From Acaryochloris thomasi RCC1774 (GTDB lineage Bacteria > Cyanobacteriota > Cyanobacteriia > Thermosynechococcales > Thermosynechococcaceae): a stretch of 32,000 nt of DNA. Location: NCBI RefSeq assembly GCF_003231495.1, contig NZ_PQWO01000004.1:390001-422000 (forward strand), written 5' to 3'. Made by a program: the position numbers and the translations under genes. Below the pieces are notes generated by a model. It made no database searches, had not been told where the DNA came from, and worked only from the letters and a program-made list of their open reading frames with translations. Positions 19,101 through 24,998 of the stretch are shown piece by piece (within the stretch, counting starts at the first letter, position 1; the number at the start of each line of letters is the position of its first letter).

Positions 19101-19575
19101 GCCCCTTCGACCCCCAGGGAGGAGCATGAATCACTCGCCAGCCAGTCCCTCTAAACCGAAGTCACTCGCCCGTCGTCGCTGGTTTGTCGCCAAGCAAAAA
19201 TCGTTGCGAGCTATCCTCAAATTTCACAGAGCGTTTGGACTCCCGCTCTTACCGACGCTGCGTTTGTTCCCGGCACTGCGTCTGTTCAATGTTCAAGAAG
19301 AGAATATAAAGGCTGCTGCTCAGTATGTGACGGATGTTGCCTATCCTCACCTGGCCACCCTGTTTTTAACGCCTCAAAGCCGTGCTAAGTTTCCAGCATT
19401 AGAGCAGAGTTGGGGAGCGATCGCCGCCGCGCTGACGATCTATGATGTGCCAGGATGTCATGGTGTTGTTTCCGCTGACAGCTTTCTGAAAGAGCCAAAC
19501 GTCAAAACATTGGCTGCACATCTCACGACGTCTATTGAAAAGGCGATTGAGAGAGCAACCCCTCAGAAAAACTAA
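16195..19575 (+). CDS. Single-module non-ribosomal peptide synthetase: truncated C domain, A domain, PCP, thioesterase
   Basis: The A-domain core motifs are all present: [78 protein letters not shown] and [12 protein letters not shown]. The PCP motif is [10 protein letters not shown]. The TE domain shows [16 protein letters not shown] and GYSMGN. The N-terminal 265 aa or so correspond only to the C-terminal half of a condensation domain, starting near [20 protein letters not shown], with no HHxxxDG. Confidence 0.93.
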   Translation: [1126 protein letters not shown]

Positions 19576-19652
19576 GCAATGATTTTATACGGGCAAAGCG
19601 GTTGGCATCATCAACTCTAGATTGGGTTTGAGCAACTTAGAGGTCAGATCTC

Positions 19653-20051
19653 ATGTTTTCCTTTACTCGATTTATTAGCTTGCTGCTCAGTCTTAGCCTG
19701 CTGGGCGGCTGCACTATTTCGGCACAGCCCGAAGCCCCCAGTTCAGTCCCTCAGACTACCGCGCCGAATTCTGAACAGGGAGCCGCTGCTGAGCAAGAAG
19801 GGCTGCCGGACGAAGTTGCAAATCAGGTCAAAGCTCAGCTTAGTGAAGAGCTGGGTGTGACATCGCTGCAGGTTAAAGCCTACAGCAGAGAAACTTGGTC
19901 CGATGGCTGTCTGGGTTTGGGGGGACCGGCTGAGGCCTGTCTAGCAGCACTGACCGAAGGGTGGCAGGTAGAAGTCATGGATACGGCAACGGGCCAAAGC
20001 TACGTCTATCGGACGACTCTCAATGGCGATAGTGTTCGGCGCTCGCCCTAG
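19653..20051 (+). CDS. Small lipoprotein (132 aa), function unknown
   Basis: Signal peptide with lipobox MFSFTRFISLLLSLSLLGG|C. The C-terminal domain has two Cys residues (WSDGCLGLGGPAEAC). Confidence 0.65.
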   Translation: MFSFTRFISLLLSLSLLGGCTISAQPEAPSSVPQTTAPNSEQGAAAEQEGLPDEVANQVKAQLSEELGVTSLQVKAYSRETWSDGCLGLGGPAEACLAALTEGWQVEVMDTATGQSYVYRTTLNGDSVRRSP

Positions 20052-20070
20052 CAGAAGACTCAGGCTTCTG
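20052..20070. terminator. Weak hairpin between the convergent lipoprotein and M16 genes (CAGAAG-N7-CTTCTG)
   Basis: A 6-bp stem read directly at 20052-20057 and 20065-20070, inside the 32-nt gap between the two stop codons. There is no clear U-tract. Confidence 0.3.
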
Positions 20071-20083
20071 TCATTCGGAGCAA

Positions 20084-22747
20084 TTAGGATTGCGCTCCTG
20101 CCGTCACGATAATGAGTTTATCTGGGTGAATTAAAGATTCAATGGCAGCATTGACTTCATCCAGCGAGATGTCATTAAGCTTTTGCGGAAACTCTTGAAT
20201 GGCAGTCAGGGGCAACCCGTGCACTTCATTCATAAGAATGCGCTGGGCAAGAAGGTCGGGGGCTGCAAGATCAACGGGGTAGCTATTGACTAGCGTTCGT
20301 TGCACTGTCTCTAGCTCGCTTGCCGTAATCCCCGATTCTCGGAGCTGTCGCAGGAGCATGAGGGTGCTAGAGATGGCCTGCTCTGAATCCTCTGGGGAGG
20401 TCTGCATTTGGATCGCAAAGGGGCCCGCCTGTTCTCCGGCAGCAAAATAGCTATAGATGCCATAGGTGAGTCCTTGGCGATCGCGAATTTCTGTCCCCAA
20501 TCGACTGGCTAGGGTATCGCCCCCCAAGACTTGGTTAAATAAAAGTGCAGCATAGTAGCGGGGGTCGTGCCGATTGATGCCGCAGTAGCCCAGATAGGTC
20601 ACGACCTGAGATTTACCGGTCATGGGGACCTGAAGGCGATCAATCTCCGACGGCTGCGTTACCTCTGGAAAAGATAGTGAGGGAACAGAACCCTGCGACT
20701 GCCACGCCCCCAATAGATGCTCTAGCTTGTCAGTAATCTCGCCTACCTTGAAGTCGCCCACTAACGTTAGTATGGTTTGCCGGGGCAGGTAGTGAGTTTG
20801 ATAGAAGTGCTGCAGGTCGTCCCGAGTGATGGCTCTCAGGCTTTCTTCTGTCGGGAAAGAGTGAAAGGGGTGCGTTGCTGGGTAGATCCGCTGCTGAAAA
20901 GTGCGCCGCGCCAGCCGCCCTGGATCGTCTAGCTCCATCTTGAGACCCGAGAGGGTGCGCTGTTGCGATCGCAACACCTCCTGTTCAGGGAACGTCGCAT
21001 TCTGCAGTACATCTGCCAGCGTATCGAGCAAAACTGAGATATTGCTGGACAGGGCATAGCCTTCAATATCAACCCCTTCTCGAAAAGAGCTGAAGTCTAG
21101 TCCTGCTCCACAGTTCTCCAGCGCCTTAGCAAGGGTGAGGGCATCCTTCGTTTGGGTGCCGCTGAGCAAATTATCTGCCGTCAGTCCGGCTAAACCAGGA
21201 GACTGCAGATCAAAGCTATTGCCAGCCTGAATGTAGCCACTAAGGGTCACCGTAGGCGAGCTGTGGTCTTCAAGCAGCAGCACCCGCAGACCGTTCGATA
21301 GCACCACTTTTTCAGGCAGCGCCTGGGTACTCGAAACCGTCGCGTCCGGGATGGGGGGCAAATATTGCGCCACCACCGCTGGATCCACCGGCTCACTGGG
21401 GCTAAAGTCTTCCGCAGTCTGCGTTGCGGGACCACCGGAAAAAGGCTGGTCGGTGAGTTGAGAGGGTTCAAACCAACCCGACGTTCGCTGACTGGACTTC
21501 AGATACTGGGCAGCAACCCGCTGTACATCCGCTGCCGTCACCGCTTCCAGATGCGCTAAATAGCGATCGCTGTAGCGATAGTCCCCCGAGACAATCTGGT
21601 TATAGGCCAACTGACTGGCCTGATGGTCAATTTCTCGATTGCTAAGAATTAGACTGGCCTTGAGTTGGACCTTCGCCCGCAGCAGCTCCTCGGCGCTGAC
21701 GGGCTGCTGCTGGATCACCGTAATCGTCTCCTGCAGTACCCGATCTAACGTCTCTAGATCTTGGTCTGGAGCAGCGACCACCGAAATGTTGTACCAACCC
21801 GGCTCCATTAGCGCCACCGCATAGGCACTCACGTAGCTAGCCAGCCCCGAATCAATCAGAGCCTGGTAAAACCGAGAATTGCGCCCTGCCGACAGAATGC
21901 TGTCCATAATGTCTAGCGCTGGCACATCAGGGTGATGCACATTGGGCAAGGGATAAACAGCCTCCAACAGTGAAGTACTGCCAGGTTCTCGAAGGATAAT
22001 AGGGTCAGGAGTTCCCTCTCCCTGGGCGTCTAAGGAGGCCGTAATCACCGGCTCGACAGGCGAAGCGGCAAAATCACCGAAGGCTTGCTCTACAACCGCT
22101 AGCGTGGAAGCTGTTTCAAAATCGCCCGTAATCACCAGAACAGCATTACTGGGACAGTAAAAGCGATCGTAATAATCTTTGACCTGGGGCGCTGTGAACT
22201 TCTCCACATCGGCCTTAGATCCGCCTACCGATAGACCATAGGGGTGGTTGGGGAACGCTCGCTGCATTACAGCTTTACCCAAGCGATACTCAGGACTGTT
22301 CTCGTAGCCCTGCAGTTCAGAAATCACCACCCGCTGTTCACTGGCGAGCTGCTCTGCATCAATGCGGGCGTTCCGCATTCGGTCCGCTTCAAGGACAAGT
22401 AGCGCCTCTAATTTATCGCGGCTGACCGTACCGAAATAGGCCGTCATGTCGTAGCTGGTAAAGGCATTGGAATCGCTGCCTAGGGCACTGAAAAGGCGAC
22501 CAAACTGAATCGGGCGCTGGTGAGTCCCCTTAAACAATAAATGCTCAAGCTGGTGGGCTATGCCGCTGGAACCGGGCTTCTCGTTGCGAGCCCCGACTCG
22601 ATACCAAACTTGAACGCTGACCACTGGTGCTGTATGGACTTCTTTAGTGAGAACAGTCAGACCATTGGAGAGTGTAGTTTGCTGAACGTTCTTAGTGAGG
22701 GTATCCCCAGCAGGGGAAGGGTGTGAAGACACAACGGTCATGGGCAA
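20084..22747 (-). CDS. Fused two-unit M16 (pitrilysin/insulinase) family zinc peptidase, PqqL-like architecture
   Basis: 887 aa. The N-terminal unit has the inverted zincin motif GIAHQLEHLLFKGT (HxxEH). A second M16-like unit begins near LPEKVVLSNGLRVLLLEDHSSPTV and lacks HxxEH, as in non-catalytic M16 halves. Confidence 0.9.
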   Translation of the reverse strand: MPMTVVSSHPSPAGDTLTKNVQQTTLSNGLTVLTKEVHTAPVVSVQVWYRVGARNEKPGSSGIAHQLEHLLFKGTHQRPIQFGRLFSALGSDSNAFTSYDMTAYFGTVSRDKLEALLVLEADRMRNARIDAEQLASEQRVVISELQGYENSPEYRLGKAVMQRAFPNHPYGLSVGGSKADVEKFTAPQVKDYYDRFYCPSNAVLVITGDFETASTLAVVEQAFGDFAASPVEPVITASLDAQGEGTPDPIILREPGSTSLLEAVYPLPNVHHPDVPALDIMDSILSAGRNSRFYQALIDSGLASYVSAYAVALMEPGWYNISVVAAPDQDLETLDRVLQETITVIQQQPVSAEELLRAKVQLKASLILSNREIDHQASQLAYNQIVSGDYRYSDRYLAHLEAVTAADVQRVAAQYLKSSQRTSGWFEPSQLTDQPFSGGPATQTAEDFSPSEPVDPAVVAQYLPPIPDATVSSTQALPEKVVLSNGLRVLLLEDHSSPTVTLSGYIQAGNSFDLQSPGLAGLTADNLLSGTQTKDALTLAKALENCGAGLDFSSFREGVDIEGYALSSNISVLLDTLADVLQNATFPEQEVLRSQQRTLSGLKMELDDPGRLARRTFQQRIYPATHPFHSFPTEESLRAITRDDLQHFYQTHYLPRQTILTLVGDFKVGEITDKLEHLLGAWQSQGSVPSLSFPEVTQPSEIDRLQVPMTGKSQVVTYLGYCGINRHDPRYYAALLFNQVLGGDTLASRLGTEIRDRQGLTYGIYSYFAAGEQAGPFAIQMQTSPEDSEQAISSTLMLLRQLRESGITASELETVQRTLVNSYPVDLAAPDLLAQRILMNEVHGLPLTAIQEFPQKLNDISLDEVNAAIESLIHPDKLIIVTAGAQS

Positions 22748-22996
22748 AAGAGGATCCTACAAATAGCGGTTTCCTCATTCTAGGTCCATTGCCTTCACGG
22801 TTGCTAAGTCACTGGGGTTTGGTCATCAGTACTCGCCAAACGACCAAAATAAAGAGACTACTAAAGCCCATAACCATGGTCCAATCTTGCCAGCTTTCAG
22901 GGTGAAGGAGCTGCAGCACAGAGGAACCTCTTGGTAAGTACTCATGCTTATTATAAGCTCAATAGCTCGGCTTTGTAGCGGTCTATAGCAATACGC

Positions 22997-23065
22997 GGCT
23001 AAGTGAGGACAGCCCTTCTTTAGCGGACATGATGTTCAACCATTTTGATGTCCTAATCAATACGC
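22997..23065 (+). repeat. Direct repeat copy 1 (about 70 nt), partner at 24916-24985
   Basis: gctaagtgaggacagcccttctttagcggacatgatgttcaaccattttgatgtcctaatcaatacgcg aligns by hand to copy 2 at roughly 70-75% identity. The blocks GCTAAGT, AGCCCTTCTTT, GACAT and TTGATGTCCTAAT are shared. It contains the hairpin GGACAT-N17-ATGTCC. Confidence 0.6.
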
Positions 23066-23215
23066 GTACTGCCATACCTGTGGGGCAAGGTGATCATGCT
23101 CTAGATCTCTGTAGTCTGCCACAGTAGAGCTGCTCGGTCTCATCTGGACACCACCATCTCTATTTTTGGAACGTTAAGAGAATATTGCGTTCTGTTAACC
23201 TGGCGGTTATAATTT

Positions 23216-23231
23216 TGTACACTGTAATTAC
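23216..23231. promoter_or_regulatory. Perfect match to the NtcA-binding consensus TGTA-N8-TACA
   Basis: tttTGTAcactgtaaTACAaaa was read directly; the extended inverted repeat is TTTTGTA-N8-TACAAAA. A TATGAA -10-like hexamer starts 21 nt downstream of the TAC, which is the right spacing for class II NtcA promoters, but it is not a TAN3T match. The site lies in the 855-nt spacer between the M16 gene and the peptide gene. Confidence 0.35.
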
Positions 23232-23602
23232 AAAAGTAATGCTAGTTATGTCTATGAACATCTCGTTCATAGTCTTCTGTTAGTTATTCAGGCGCTACTC
23301 ACTATCAAACTCACTTGCTTGGGGGGTACAGGCAAGATAGAGGGTTTTGGGGTAAGCAAAGCATAGGCAATCTCGGTTGTTTATGTCTCTGCAACGTCTA
23401 TTTCGCTGTTAGATAAGTACATTCGCGAGCTTTAGGTTGATTCTAATTTCGCTAGATGCGTTCTGAAGAGCAATGCTCGAAGGAACTGTCCTGCATGTCT
23501 GCACACGAGATAGCCGCTGCTCGCTGATCATTCATTCGCGGTCTCAATGACTAACGTCACTAGTGTCTTTTGGCAGTTTGTATGCACTTTTTCTAGGAGA
23601 TA

Positions 23603-23768
23603 AATGATGCAGCATAAGAAAGCTTATTCATCCCCAGCCTTGGCTGTTCACGGTTCTGTTGAGGAAATCACGAAGGGATACGGTCGTCGTCGCCGTCGTC
23701 GTCGTCATGCCCGTCACATTTTCATCAAGCGAGCAAGGCTTAAGCATCCCCAAGGCAGCGGTTCATAG
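23603..23768 (+). pseudogene. Lasso-type RiPP precursor-like peptide gene with its frame interrupted by one extra T (true frameshift or sequencing error)
   Basis: An AGGAG Shine-Dalgarno (23594-23598) is followed by ATG ATG (23603/23606). That frame gives MMQHKKAYSSPAFGCSRFC* with a stop at 23660-23662. The next frame is open from 23607 to the TAG at 23766-23768 and reads ...PLAVHGSVEEITKGYGRRRRRRRHARHIFIKRARLKHPQGSGS*. Removing one T from the TTT run at 23639-23641 gives a 54-aa peptide, MMQHKKAYSSPALAVHGSVEEITKG|YGRRRRRRRHARHIFIKRARLKHPQGSGS. Its leader matches YxxPxLx3Gx5TxG exactly (Y8, P11, L13, G17, T23, G25). Confidence 0.6.
23685..23705 (+). repeat. Trinucleotide tract (CGT CGT CGC CGT CGT CGT CGT) encoding Arg7 in the peptide frame
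   Basis: Read directly. The same tract reads VVVAVVVV in the second frame and SSSPSSSS in the third. Confidence 0.9.
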
Positions 23769-23867
23769 TCGCGCTATTTCCTGTTTTTTAGGAAAGCGTA
23801 CGGGGCTTTTTGCGCTTCCGTTTGCTGGCTTAAGGTCACCAGGCGGGGGCTCTGAGTTTTGAACGCT

Positions 23868-23896
23868 GATAACGCGGTGCTCTGCATCGCGTTATT
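23868..23896 (+). other. Stem-loop between the peptide gene and the kinase gene (ATAACGCG-N11-CGCGTTAT); possible attenuator or processing site
   Basis: A perfect 8-bp inverted repeat plus a flanking G-U pair, read directly. It lies within the 204-nt spacer between the peptide stop (23768) and the kinase ATG (23973). There is no strong U-tract. Confidence 0.3.
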
Positions 23897-23972
23897 GTCT
23901 GTGAGTTTCTCCTGCTCAAAATTTAGATTTCAGCAACAGGCGACTTCAAACGCGATTGGTGTACAACGATTC

Positions 23973-24881
23973 ATGCCTATGTATTCTGCCTACGGTCTCA
24001 CCCTTCAGTCTGACCTTCATTTACCAGAATTAGCTCCTGGGACGGGCGATGCAGATATCGTCATCCGGTGGGGCAAGCTGTCTGCACCGTCGCTGGTCGC
24101 TACGAATTCAGAATGTACCTGTCACATCCGCGAGCAGGTTGCCTATCTCGCCTGGGAGAATGCTGGAACCTTTAGGGTGAAAGGAGGACGGGAGATTATT
24201 GTCGACCCGTTACCCGGGGCCGATGAGCGAGTGATCCGCCTTTACTTGTTGGGGGCTGCCCTTGGATTACTGTTGCATCAGCGTCAGTTGCTAGTGCTTC
24301 ATGCGAGTACGGTGGCTGTTAATGGCGTTGCTATTGCATTTCTAGGCGACAGCGGTCAGGGCAAATCCACAACCGCAGGAGCCTTCCAGCTACGGGGCCA
24401 CCAGGTGATGACCGATGACGTCACTGCGCTACGGATGGATGTGCCTCCTCTGGTGCTACCCGGCTACCCACAGCTTAAGCTTTGGCCTGAATCGGCAGAG
24501 TGTTTAGGCGACAAACCTGAGGCGATGCCGCGTCTGCACCCACAATTAGAGAAGCGATCGCATCACTATCACGACCAGTTTTCCCTGGAGCCGCTGCCGC
24601 TACAGTGCATTTATCTGTTAGGCGAGGGACCTACCTTAGAGTTAGAAGTTCTAACTGGACAGGATGCCTTAATGGAGCTGTTGCCGAATTGGTACTGCAC
24701 TCGCTTCGGCGACGCCATGCTTCAGGCCACCAACCACGCCGCTCATTTTGCTCACTTTACTCAGCTTGTGAAGCAGGTGCCCATCTGCTACCTGAGTCGG
24801 CAATATGACTTGGACGCAGTATCCGACATTGTGGATTTAGTTGAATTACACCTTGCCGACCTAGCCTTAGCCAGCGTTTGA
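23973..24881 (+). CDS. HPr kinase/phosphorylase-like serine kinase (HprK-related, RiPP-tailoring type)
   Basis: The ORF track starts at the TTG at 23859. The ATG at 23973 (MPMYSAYGLTLQSDLHLPEL...) matches the usual N-terminus of HprK-related kinases. The P-loop is LHASTVAVNGVAIAFLGDSGQGKSTTAGAF, followed by MTDDV. This resembles the kinases that phosphorylate the C-terminal Ser of lasso precursors such as paeninodin. Confidence 0.85.
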   Translation: MPMYSAYGLTLQSDLHLPELAPGTGDADIVIRWGKLSAPSLVATNSECTCHIREQVAYLAWENAGTFRVKGGREIIVDPLPGADERVIRLYLLGAALGLLLHQRQLLVLHASTVAVNGVAIAFLGDSGQGKSTTAGAFQLRGHQVMTDDVTALRMDVPPLVLPGYPQLKLWPESAECLGDKPEAMPRLHPQLEKRSHHYHDQFSLEPLPLQCIYLLGEGPTLELEVLTGQDALMELLPNWYCTRFGDAMLQATNHAAHFAHFTQLVKQVPICYLSRQYDLDAVSDIVDLVELHLADLALASV

Positions 24882-24915
24882 TTCGGGTTGGTGATTGCTC
24901 CTATCGCCGTCGCCA

Positions 24916-24985
24916 GCTAAGTTAGGGTAGCCCTTCTTTGGCAGACATCGGTTTTAACAACCTTGATGTCCTAATTAATCCGTCG
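24916..24985 (+). repeat. Direct repeat copy 2, ending 14 nt before the ABC transporter start
   Basis: gctaagttagggtagcccttctttggcagacatcggttttaacaaccttgatgtcctaattaatccgtcg. It contains the hairpin GACATC-N15-GATGTC. The stem is shifted by one position relative to copy 1, so a 6-bp helix is kept in both copies. Confidence 0.6.
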
Positions 24986-24998
24986 AAGGCTGTAATTC

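Noticed and set aside
22825-22944. 39-aa minus-strand ORF (MSTYQEVPLCCSSFTLKAGKIGPWLWALVVSLFWSFGEY) upstream of the M16 gene, a possible small membrane protein
   Set aside because: It has one hydrophobic stretch, but I recognise no family and see no clear Shine-Dalgarno. It cannot be supported from sequence alone.
23636-23662. Programmed +1 ribosomal frameshift joining the two halves of the leader
   Set aside because: The site (GCC TTT GGC) lacks the features of known +1 sites such as prfB: no slippery CUU-U context, no in-frame stop or rare codon at the A site, and no internal Shine-Dalgarno at the correct distance. A mutation or a sequencing error is more parsimonious.
23659-23862. 67-aa ORF from the ORF track (MRKSRRDTVVVAVVVVMPV...) covering the peptide region
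   Set aside because: It starts at a TTG with no Shine-Dalgarno. It is simply another frame of the CGN repeat, its sequence is low-complexity, and it runs through the spacer hairpins. The SD-ATG peptide reading explains the region better.
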